A DNA stretch of 64,000 bases, taken from the IMG/VR virus record IMGVR_UViG_3300032038_000011, positions 1-64,000 of that record. One strand, given 5' to 3'. The stretch is from a virus (Duplodnaviria; Caudoviricetes). Shown here piece by piece: positions 1 through 7,283 of this stretch. Position numbers and translations under genes: made by a program. Positions within the stretch are counted from its first letter, which is position 1, and each line of letters opens with the position of its first letter. The notes beneath the pieces are model-generated. The model ran no database searches, was not told where the DNA came from, and was given only the letters and a program-made list of their open reading frames with translations.

Positions 1-28
1 TACTCCTTTATCTCCTTTTAAATTATAG

Positions 29-104
29 TGGAGCGTCCTAGCGGTGCTGCCCCGCTTAACAATGGTTTTGCAGACCACGCCGTTTGCTGATTCGGTAAGG
101 ACGC
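29..104 (-). tRNA. tRNA-Cys(GCA), atypical T loop
   Basis: Cloverleaf GCGTCCT...AGGACGC-T-CCA, anticodon loop CT-GCA-AA, U73; T loop GGCAGCA. Confidence 0.8.
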
Positions 105-704
105 ATTAATGCATATCATTATAAATATTCAATAAACAACCTACAATAGCCAAAATATTTATTGGTACTACCCACCAATGTTGTGCATAAACATTAAGCC
201 CTAAACAAAAACTATTTAATATCATTAATATAACCCAAAGCATATATTATCTCCTTTCTCTAATCATATCTCTAATTGCGCACAATGATGAAAAAAGACA
301 AACAGCAAGATTAAGACCACGAATATAAATATTTCCATTTTGATTAATATAAAAGATAAAAAGATTAAGTGTTGCAAAAAGAATATTAATCATTACCATG
401 CTCCATATCTGTTATAAAAACCATAGCCCAAGCTAATACATATACAGCCCAATATTGCCAAGTTGTCGCACTAAAGCTAATGCTTTCCATAATAAAAAGT
501 ATTGCCATTCCACAAACAATTCGTGCGATAGAATATCTAGTCATTTACATTTATTCTCCTATAAATTTCTAACGTAACTGCTTCCATTGCTTTATCTGCA
601 TCAATAGCTTTTTCTGAAAAAGGATTTTCACAATAATCTAAATAAGCCCTAGTGTAATAATACATATCAAGTAAAACAAAAATACTATAATTTTCTAAAT
701 CCAT
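105..704 (-). CDS. Run of 3-4 short (about 45-55 aa), mostly hydrophobic hypothetical ORFs, e.g. 386..544
   Basis: Hand translation, GGAG RBS upstream, overlapping start/stop codons; below the ORF-track cutoff. Confidence 0.5.
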
Positions 705-724
705 ATTTATTATTCCTTTCTAAA

Positions 725-801
725 TGGTGGGTGCCTTGGGATTCGAACCCAAGACCACTTGTTTATGAGACAAGAGCACTAACCAACTGTGCTAGACACC
801 C
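725..801 (-). tRNA. tRNA with CAT anticodon (elongator Met or Ile2)
   Basis: GGGTGTC...GGCACCC-A-CCA, loop CT-CAT-AA, TTCGAAT T loop; lacks the initiator three-GC anticodon stem. Confidence 0.9.
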
Positions 802-812
802 ATAAATCTCGC

Positions 813-1224
813 GGTTTCTTCTCCTATTGGCATCTTCTGGGCCTCAATCCATCGGAGCCGCCACTCGATTTCGCCGCGAGTCTCACGTGGGAATACCTAC
901 GCCCGCGAAGCGCACATCCCCTAAAACAATGTGCCTTTCTACTCTTGGTTCACATACCCTTCGGGTACCTCAACTCTCATTACGCAGGAATATCGCGGCT
1001 GACACTAACGAGTTCAACTTCCGTTAGACTGACACCTTATTGCCTTACGACGTAATCTAATCGCCGAGCGAATCTTATGCGTATTCCGGACTACCTTACG
1101 GAGTAAGAGAACTCCCGGCGTTCTTTGATGGCGAACACATAATATAAGTTCTGCTTTCCTTATATTATTAGCCACAACCACTCCTTTTTATTGTCGCGAC
1201 AAAAGGATTTTTACAGGAGGAACC
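813..1224 (-). ncRNA. Candidate large structured ncRNA (~410 nt) between tRNA-Trp and tRNA-CAT
   Basis: GC-rich, many hairpins, complementary ends (GGTT-C-CTCCTGT / ATAGGAG-AAG-AAACC), no credible ORF. Confidence 0.6.
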
Positions 1225-1229
1225 TAAAG

Positions 1230-1300
1230 CAGGAGTTTAAGGATTTGAACCCTAACTTTGAAGGTTGGAGCTTCACGTGCTACCGTTACACTAAACTCCT
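1230..1300 (-). tRNA. tRNA-Trp(CCA)
   Basis: AGGAGTT...AACTCCT-G, loop CT-CCA-AC, TTCAAAT T loop. Confidence 0.9.
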
Positions 1301-1339
1301 ATATTAGGTGAAGGTTTATTTCCCTCACCTTATGTATAT

Positions 1340-1368
1340 ATTATAGCAAAATTTTAGATAAAAGTCAA
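1340..1368 (-). promoter_or_regulatory. sigma-A type promoter driving tRNA-Trp, the ncRNA and tRNA-CAT
   Basis: TTGACT-N17-TATAAT. Confidence 0.85.
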
Positions 1369-3896
1369 GTCTTTTTACTTGTTAAAAACATAATAACTAA
1401 TATCGCAAAACCTATTAAAGCCATAAAATAATTTTCTATTGGAACTTCATCTCCAGTTTGAAACATGCCATATAATGGAGTTTCATAACCCCACATATCA
1501 AATAACTCTTCTAATTCTTCATCAGTAAATTGAGAAAAATCTGGTCGATTTGGAACTGGTTCAGGTAAGTTTCCTAAAATTTCCCCAATTATTTCCGGAG
1601 AAAGAGTTGGCTTTGGAGTCGGAGTAGGACTTGGAGTTGGAGTAGGTGTAGATAAATCTATTATAATAACTGATTCTTCAGTTGGAGTAGGTGTAGGTGT
1701 TGGAGTATTAGTTGGAGCAAGAGTTTCAGATATTGTTGGCGTAGGTGTAGGCGTTTCTGTTGGCTTTATTGTCCCAGTAGGAGTTGGCTCTGGAGACTTA
1801 CTTGGTTTAGCTGTAATAGTCGGCTGTGCTGTTGGAATTACAGTAGGTTTATCTGTTGGAATAATAGTAATAGTTGGTGTAGGACTTGGTTTTGTTGTAG
1901 GGCTTGGAGTTGGTGTCGGTTTTGTAGTAGGTTCATTTGTAGGTTTTATTGTTTCGGTAGGTGCGAGAGTAGGTCTTGGAGACTCACTAGGTTTTCCAGG
2001 GGTAACTGTGACAACTGGTGTATCAGTTGGTTGTATTGTAGGAACTGTGGTGGGTTCAACTGTTGGAGTGGATGTGGGATTGGGAGTAGGCGTTGTAGTC
2101 GGTGCTTCTGTTGGCTTATGTGTAGGTTCCTCCGTAGACGTTGTTGTTGGAGTTGTAGTTATCTCCGGCGTAGGAGAAGGAGTTGGAGTGACTGTTGGAA
2201 TAGGAGTTACTGTAGGCTTTATAGTAATAGTTGGGGTAGGAGTAGGTGTTTCTGTAGGCTTTATAGTTACCGTAGGCACAGTCGTTGGTAATGGAGGAGG
2301 AGTAGATGGCTGTGCAGTTGGTGGAGTAATTATCTCATTTACATATTCTACCTCTACCGTTTCTCCATCGACAATATTAACTATAGAAGTTGTGCCTTTA
2401 ACCTCACTGCTACCAAATACCGTAATAATATAATCATTAAGACTTACATCTTCTTTAATTTCATGTGCGCCGGGCAATACATCTTCTAATTCAAGATATT
2501 GTCCCGCTACAATAGGATATGGTTCTCCGTCAATATAAAATGTAAAAGTTGGCGGCGCAACATATGGAACACCACTGTGATACCATCTTTGATTACCATT
2601 CCAAGTAACCCAATAAATTCTTTCTCCTGGCTTTACTGTAGTAATATCTTTTTGAATTTTAAAGTTCTCTTTATATAATTCAACCTTATCAGTCATTTCT
2701 GGTTCTAATTCTCCCCAACCAGAGAATCCTAAATCTTGCGGCGAATATACTTCTTCGAATATCATGGTAGGAAGTGTGCCGCCAGTTGCGCCAGATTTTA
2801 TTTCGTCCATTCTAAATGGGGTACCATTATTATCGAGCCATATAATCCAATGGTCGGCATCGCCGCACTTATTAGACCTATGTCCTTCTCTACTTGTTTT
2901 TTTAGTTGGATTCATAATAACATCAGTTTTCCATATTCCGCCACCAGCATGAAAATCTGTGCCGTCCATAACATCACAACGAATATGCCAAACATCATTT
3001 ACTAATGTCTTTTGTAGAATAATTTTACCTGGCGCTGGTGTCGCTGTTACAGTTGGAACTGGTTTTGTAATTTTTGGTTCCCAATAGTTAATATGTGCTT
3101 CTCCATGTGCGGTAATGTTCCATCCTACAATAGTTCCGCTATGATTACATGAAGTAATATTTATATCTGCAAATGGAGCAATTAGATGACCGGCTAAGCC
3201 GCCCATATCTACTTTAGACGCATTCGTCCAATATATTTTTTCAATATGCTCTTGAGTTTCATCGCTGCCTTGAGCTTGATAATCCCATTTAGCTAAATTA
3301 ACATAGCCATTTTCGTCTGGCTCGACATAAATCCAATGTTCTCCATCGTTAGGAAATGAATTTATTATGCTAATCCAGTAATCTCTTGTAGATTTAACTG
3401 CGGCCGCACTTAATTTTTTATAAGCATCTTTGCTTTGATTTTCTGTACGACCTTGAAAATACATTTTAGATTCATTATTAAAAACGTAACTTTCCGTTCC
3501 TGAAGGAGTATGATTGATTGAACCGTCGTCTGTGCCACACCAATTATTACTTGTAAGTGTACCGCCAATCCACAAAGAACCTCGAATATGCATATCAATA
3601 AAAGCATCATTTAATGCTATTATTGAATAACCAACCATATTAGATAATTTAACATTAAAATCATGTTCTTCAATAGGTTTTATTTGCACGTCCACTTCTT
3701 CTGAATTGTTGGTTTGGATTTCTTCTGTAAAAACTAAATTTAAATCCAAATCTAAATTTAAATCTTCATCTTCATCTTCTATAGGAAGAATAATGTCTAT
3801 TGGCTCTTCTATTTCTAATTCAAGTTCTTCAGAAAAACTTGGAAATATAAAAAATAAAAAGGCCAATAGTATAAAACATACTATACCCTTTTTCAT
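1365..3896 (-). CDS. Secreted, cell-wall-anchored surface protein: signal peptide, choice-of-anchor-A-like domain, long Pro/Thr linker, QTGD + TM + basic tail
   Basis: MKK + hydrophobic N-terminus; GHLIAPFADI...GEAH motif; (TP)n repeats; C-terminal QTGDE...TM...KKT. Confidence 0.7.
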   Translation of the reverse strand: MKKGIVCFILLAFLFFIFPSFSEELELEIEEPIDIILPIEDEDEDLNLDLDLNLVFTEEIQTNNSEEVDVQIKPIEEHDFNVKLSNMVGYSIIALNDAFIDMHIRGSLWIGGTLTSNNWCGTDDGSINHTPSGTESYVFNNESKMYFQGRTENQSKDAYKKLSAAAVKSTRDYWISIINSFPNDGEHWIYVEPDENGYVNLAKWDYQAQGSDETQEHIEKIYWTNASKVDMGGLAGHLIAPFADINITSCNHSGTIVGWNITAHGEAHINYWEPKITKPVPTVTATPAPGKIILQKTLVNDVWHIRCDVMDGTDFHAGGGIWKTDVIMNPTKKTSREGHRSNKCGDADHWIIWLDNNGTPFRMDEIKSGATGGTLPTMIFEEVYSPQDLGFSGWGELEPEMTDKVELYKENFKIQKDITTVKPGERIYWVTWNGNQRWYHSGVPYVAPPTFTFYIDGEPYPIVAGQYLELEDVLPGAHEIKEDVSLNDYIITVFGSSEVKGTTSIVNIVDGETVEVEYVNEIITPPTAQPSTPPPLPTTVPTVTIKPTETPTPTPTITIKPTVTPIPTVTPTPSPTPEITTTPTTTSTEEPTHKPTEAPTTTPTPNPTSTPTVEPTTVPTIQPTDTPVVTVTPGKPSESPRPTLAPTETIKPTNEPTTKPTPTPSPTTKPSPTPTITIIPTDKPTVIPTAQPTITAKPSKSPEPTPTGTIKPTETPTPTPTISETLAPTNTPTPTPTPTEESVIIIDLSTPTPTPSPTPTPKPTLSPEIIGEILGNLPEPVPNRPDFSQFTDEELEELFDMWGYETPLYGMFQTGDEVPIENYFMALIGFAILVIMFLTSKKT

Positions 3897-3910
3897 ATTT
3901 ATCTCTCCTA

Positions 3911-3984
3911 TGGAGCCGTATACTTGATTCGAACAAGCATTTATATATTACGAATATATTGTTCTACCATTGAACTAATACGGC
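3911..3984 (-). tRNA. tRNA-Thr(CGT)
   Basis: GCCGTAT...ATACGGC-T-CCA, loop TT-CGT-AA. Confidence 0.85.
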
Positions 3985-3988
3985 AATT

Positions 3989-4064
3989 TGGTAGACCGGG
4001 TGGGATTTGAACCCACACTTGCTAGCTCCTTAGGCTAGTGCCTCTGCCATTGGGCTACCGGTCC
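3989..4064 (-). tRNA. tRNA-Leu(AAG), short variable arm
   Basis: GGACCGG...CCGGTCT-A-CCA, loop CT-AAG-GA, Leu-type D arm. Confidence 0.85.
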
Positions 4065-4138
4065 ATATTTGCTATAAGCAACCACTCCTAACTTATAGCT
4101 ATGCTCAACCCACAACGAATTGATTTGAGCTTCCGTTT

Positions 4139-4226
4139 TGGTGCGCCGGGTTGGAATCGAACCAACGGTGTTTCTAACGTGGAAGTTTTACAGACTTCTG
4201 ACATCGCCAACTAGTCGTACCGACGC
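4139..4226 (-). tRNA. tRNA-Tyr(GTA)
   Basis: Loop CT-GTA-AA, long variable arm, A73-CCA. Confidence 0.9.
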
Positions 4227-4230
4227 ATAA

Positions 4231-4392
4231 AGTGCGGAGTAGTCTATTATGGTATCAAGCCCCTCCGCCGAGCTACTCTTATCTCCCCGAGTCGGGCATA
4301 ATAGACTATTGCGAACTTGCGGTCTATTAGCGCGGCACCTTTAATTTCAGGTCTATAATCAGCCTTACGCCGCAGGTCTGTATCTGCGGAAA
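4231..4392 (-). ncRNA. Unassigned structured spacer RNA between tRNA-Arg and tRNA-Tyr
   Basis: 11-bp stem AGTCTATTATG/CATAATAGACT plus CCGCAG/CTGCGG hairpin, GC-rich. Confidence 0.35.
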
Positions 4393-4393
4393 A

Positions 4394-4468
4394 TGGCGCG
4401 CCGAGAAGGAATCGAACCCTCACTCTGGAGTCCGTAGCCCCATGGTCTATCCGTTAGCCTACCGGCGC
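4394..4468 (-). tRNA. tRNA-Arg(ACG)
   Basis: GCGCCGG...TCGGCGC-G-CCA, loop CT-ACG-GA. Confidence 0.9.
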
Positions 4469-4581
4469 ACGCGTCCTACCATCTTTATTTATCGTGTGGA
4501 AAGGTAGGATATTGACACGGGAAAGGAGTGCGGTCATGACTCCGCTTAATGTTGCTCCCCAGTCATCCTCTCAACATATTT

Positions 4582-4610
4582 ATTATAATATAATTTTAGA
4601 GAAAAGTCAA
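4582..4610 (-). promoter_or_regulatory. sigma-A type promoter for the tRNA block
   Basis: TTGACT-N17-TATAAT. Confidence 0.85.
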
Positions 4611-6301
4611 GTATTTTTCTTTACATAATTCCCACTTAGCCAACCAATTTTATCCATAATATAAATAGCATACCAACCATTTGAAGAAATAATTGGTTTA
4701 TTATTTTTATTAACTACTACATTAAGAGCTGTATTTTGGGGCAAATTAGTAATCTTTTCATAAGAAGTTCCATCACCCATTCTAACATTTACAGAATATT
4801 TAGTAACATATTCGCTTTCAATTTTTACAGGTTCTGGCACGACAATTTCTTCTTGTGGCTTTTCTTCTTCAGCAGTTAAATCAGAAAGAGCATTCATTAG
4901 AGCTTTATGAGTCTGTTCGCTATAAATACCATCCACTTCTAGATTGTATTCATTTTGGAAAGTTTTTACAGCAAGTTCTGTTTTTTTACCAAAAATACCA
5001 TCAACTTCTAAGTTAAGATTTAATAAAAGATTTAAATTTTTTTGAAGCTCTTTAACGGCATTTCCTTTAGAACCATTCTTTAAAGAAGTTTCACCAAGTA
5101 TTTCTGTCGCGGGAGCAGCTTGATTTTCTTGATAAATAATGCTTGGAATTTTAAACCAATGAAGCCATTTTCTATCTTTTATTTTAGTTTTAACACAACC
5201 ATACTTAAAGCCACGCTCTTCAACTGCTTCGCCATTTCCAATATAAACTCCAACGTGACCGTCCATATGGAGACCTAATCCTGGAATCTCAGGCAAAGTA
5301 TCAATATTACCCCAATCTAAACCTTGAGATTTCGCGTAAGAAAACATACCATTGGCAGATTTGTCTGGCATATTATTACTTTTATATTTATTTGTGAATA
5401 ATGGGTTTTCTTTTCCAATTGATTCTATAACGTCTTCGCCAGCATTAGTCCATGCGTAACCTTTCATAAGGCCAACGCAATCAGCACAAATTTTGTGTGC
5501 GGCAATATCTGCTTTATAACGAGACATCCTATCAGAAGTATAATGCTCTGGATAGCTTTTGGTCTTAGATTTTAATTTAGATTCTGTACAAGGATATATA
5601 CAAGTTGCATACCAATAGGGCATACCAACGAATTTCTTACAAAATTCTACAAAGTGCATATTACTAAATTTATCATACATAGGTTTTTCCTCCTCGTCTG
5701 GCTCCCAGCCTTCTAAAAACCATTCCAAAGGCTTATCACCATTTATAAGGTTTAAATCTACATCTTCGTTAAGTCCAGCTAGCGTGCCATTACTGGTATA
5801 TTGCCATAAATCATTATAATGCTTTGGTTTAGAAGAATCTGAAGGTATATTACCATCATCTTTACCCCAATGTGGTATCCACATTATATCGCACATTTCA
5901 ATAGCTTTCCCGGCATATTTATATTTTCTGTTGATATACATACCAATTTTTTGACAGCCTAATTTGCGTAATTCTTCTAAAAAGGCAACACAAACTGGTT
6001 CAGTATTAGTTGAATTAAATCTGTCTCCTTCGATATCAGCAATATAGAATAATGGTTTCTTATATGCTTTATTAGCATGTTCTACAAAAAAACGCGCTTG
6101 TTCGCGCGAATCTTTTGCTGTAGTAGCAGTTACATAGTGATATACACCATAAGGAACTTTACTATCTTTTGCATATTTAATATAACGTTTATCTTCTTTT
6201 AGTCCAACAGTTGCGCGAAAAATTACTAAATCAAGTTCAGTACGTGCTAAATCCCAATTAATAGGATAATCTCCTTCAAAAATATCAGCTATTTTACCCA
6301 T
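4607..6301 (-). CDS. Modular lysin: GH25 muramidase + NlpC/P60-like + PG-binding + SH3b
   Basis: ADIEG and LWQYTS...VDLN (GH25); DCVGL...GHVGVYIGNG (NlpC/P60); VDGIFGKKT (PG-binding); VNVRMG...GWLSG (SH3). Confidence 0.85.
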   Translation of the reverse strand: MGKIADIFEGDYPINWDLARTELDLVIFRATVGLKEDKRYIKYAKDSKVPYGVYHYVTATTAKDSREQARFFVEHANKAYKKPLFYIADIEGDRFNSTNTEPVCVAFLEELRKLGCQKIGMYINRKYKYAGKAIEMCDIMWIPHWGKDDGNIPSDSSKPKHYNDLWQYTSNGTLAGLNEDVDLNLINGDKPLEWFLEGWEPDEEEKPMYDKFSNMHFVEFCKKFVGMPYWYATCIYPCTESKLKSKTKSYPEHYTSDRMSRYKADIAAHKICADCVGLMKGYAWTNAGEDVIESIGKENPLFTNKYKSNNMPDKSANGMFSYAKSQGLDWGNIDTLPEIPGLGLHMDGHVGVYIGNGEAVEERGFKYGCVKTKIKDRKWLHWFKIPSIIYQENQAAPATEILGETSLKNGSKGNAVKELQKNLNLLLNLNLEVDGIFGKKTELAVKTFQNEYNLEVDGIYSEQTHKALMNALSDLTAEEEKPQEEIVVPEPVKIESEYVTKYSVNVRMGDGTSYEKITNLPQNTALNVVVNKNNKPIISSNGWYAIYIMDKIGWLSGNYVKKNT

Positions 6302-6326
6302 AATCTCACCTTCTTTTTTGAGGTAT

Positions 6327-6357
6327 AAAAAAAGAGTTTGATTAAAATCAAACTCTT
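6327..6357 (-). terminator. Rho-independent terminator ending the tRNA transcript
   Basis: AAGAGTTTGATT/AATCAAACTCTT hairpin followed by a T run on the minus strand. Confidence 0.7.
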
Positions 6358-6367
6358 ATAAAATATA

Positions 6368-6498
6368 ACAAGTCGCTTTAATAGAAGGATGTTTATTAGA
6401 CATCTGCCTAAACCATTTGGCTAACTACGCGATTTGGTGCGTGGTATGGGATTCGAACCCATATGTTCTATAAAGAACAATTGCTGTGAGCGACTTAT
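6368..6498 (-). ncRNA. Circularly permuted tRNA-like RNA (anticodon AAT) enclosed in an ACAGCAA stem element
   Basis: Order: variable arm, T arm, 3' acceptor + ACCA, AATC linker, 5' acceptor, D arm, anticodon arm; flanked by AAGTCGCT/AGCGACTT. Confidence 0.8.
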
Positions 6499-6501
6499 AA
6501 A

Positions 6502-6591
6502 TGGCGTAGGGTACAGGATTTGAACCTGTGTGCCGTATTTCAGACAACTCGCTTTCCAGGCGAGCACCATCAGCCTCTCGGTCAACCCTAC
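6502..6591 (-). tRNA. tRNA-Ser(GGA)
   Basis: Loop CT-GGA-AA, long variable arm, G73-CCA. Confidence 0.9.
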
Positions 6592-6595
6592 ATAT

Positions 6596-6686
6596 TGGCG
6601 CGGGCTAAGGGATTCGAACCCTTGCGACTTTTACATCCTATCTGATTTCGAATCAGACCTCTTAACCCAGACTTGAGTAAACCCGC
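6596..6686 (-). tRNA. tRNA-Ser(CGA)
   Basis: Loop TT-CGA-AA, long variable arm, G73-CCA. Confidence 0.9.
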
Positions 6687-6691
6687 ATAAG

Positions 6692-6764
6692 CACCGGCAT
6701 TGAGGGTCGAACTCAAATTACGAATTTAGAAGACTCGTGCTCTATCCTGTTAAGCTATACCGGC
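6692..6764 (-). tRNA. tRNA-Arg(TCT)
   Basis: GCCGGTA...TGCCGGT-G, loop CT-TCT-AA. Confidence 0.9.
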
Positions 6765-6776
6765 ATAAGTTAATAC

Positions 6777-6886
6777 AAGACAGTTTTTTTCGATTATGTC
6801 AGAGTCGAACTGACGTTTTTTAAATTGGAAGTTTAATGTATTATCCACTATACTAATAATCAAATTAAATTTGCTGTAACTGTCTT
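6777..6886 (-). ncRNA. ACAGCAA stem element enclosing a degenerate AT-rich tRNA-Gly(TCC) (6790..6862)
   Basis: AAGACAGTT/AACTGTCTT stem, TACAGCAA, cloverleaf TGATTAT...ATAATCG-A with loop CT-TCC-AA, no CCA. Confidence 0.75.
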
Positions 6887-6891
6887 AAAAG

Positions 6892-6965
6892 TGGGCCATC
6901 AGAGATTCGAACTCTGAACTCCTAGTTTAAGAGACTAGTACTCTGACCAATTGAGTTAATGGCCC
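6892..6965 (-). tRNA. tRNA-Lys(CTT)
   Basis: GGGCCAT...ATGGCCC-A, loop CT-CTT-AA. Confidence 0.9.
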
Positions 6966-7038
6966 ATGGTTAGCTGATTTTCGGTCATATCAGCCACAGT
7001 AATATTTATTTATAGTCGCTACTCAATATATTTTATGA

Positions 7039-7076
7039 CCTACGACATCCAGTTTTAAATTGCCGCGAATCATAGG
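7039..7076 (-). ncRNA. Empty variant of the stem element (CGCGGCAA)
   Basis: CCTATGAT/GTCGTAGG stem with GCGGCAA + AT-rich loop. Confidence 0.45.
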
Positions 7077-7092
7077 AAAACTATTAACCTTA

Positions 7093-7172
7093 TGGTGGCC
7101 AAGGTTGGAGTCGAACCAACATAACGGGTTTTTCTGACCTTAATAAAAAATAATATTTGCAGTAAAGGTCTA
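7093..7172 (-). pseudogene. Stem element (TACTGCAA) fused to a tRNA 3' half (Phe-like)
   Basis: GACCTT/AAGGTC stem, then GAAAA-ACCCG, T arm GTTGG-TTCGACT-CCAAC, CTTGGCC-A-CCA; no 5' half. Confidence 0.65.
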
Positions 7173-7248
7173 TGGAGCCACCACTGGGACTTGAACCCAG
7201 CCTCTCACGCTTACCAAGCGTGCGCTTTACCAACTAAGCTATGGCGGC
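7173..7248 (-). tRNA. tRNA-Thr(GGT)
   Basis: GCCGCCA...TGGTGGC-T-CCA, loop TT-GGT-AA. Confidence 0.9.
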
Positions 7249-7283
7249 ACATAAGGTGAGGTATCCCTCAACCTTACATAAAT

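Noticed and set aside
789-1055. Plus-strand ORFs of 88 and 66 aa
   Set aside because: Antisense to the tRNA operon, no RBS, and they overlap a structured RNA candidate
813-1224. RNase P RNA, tmRNA or group I intron identity for the large RNA
   Set aside because: No GAGGAAAGUCC/P4 pairing, no tRNA-like Ala ends, no recognisable P7 core
2008-3005. Val/Gly-rich plus-strand ORFs, and similar ones at 12085, 16026-17159, 19632, 59980 and 62460
   Set aside because: Shadow frames of low-complexity or GC-rich minus-strand genes
6966-7040. HDV-like (theta) or hammerhead ribozyme upstream of tRNA-Lys
   Set aside because: A pseudoknot is possible (GGTCATA/TATGACC with GCTGAT/ATCAGC), but P3/L3 and the CUGANGA-GAAA geometry are missing
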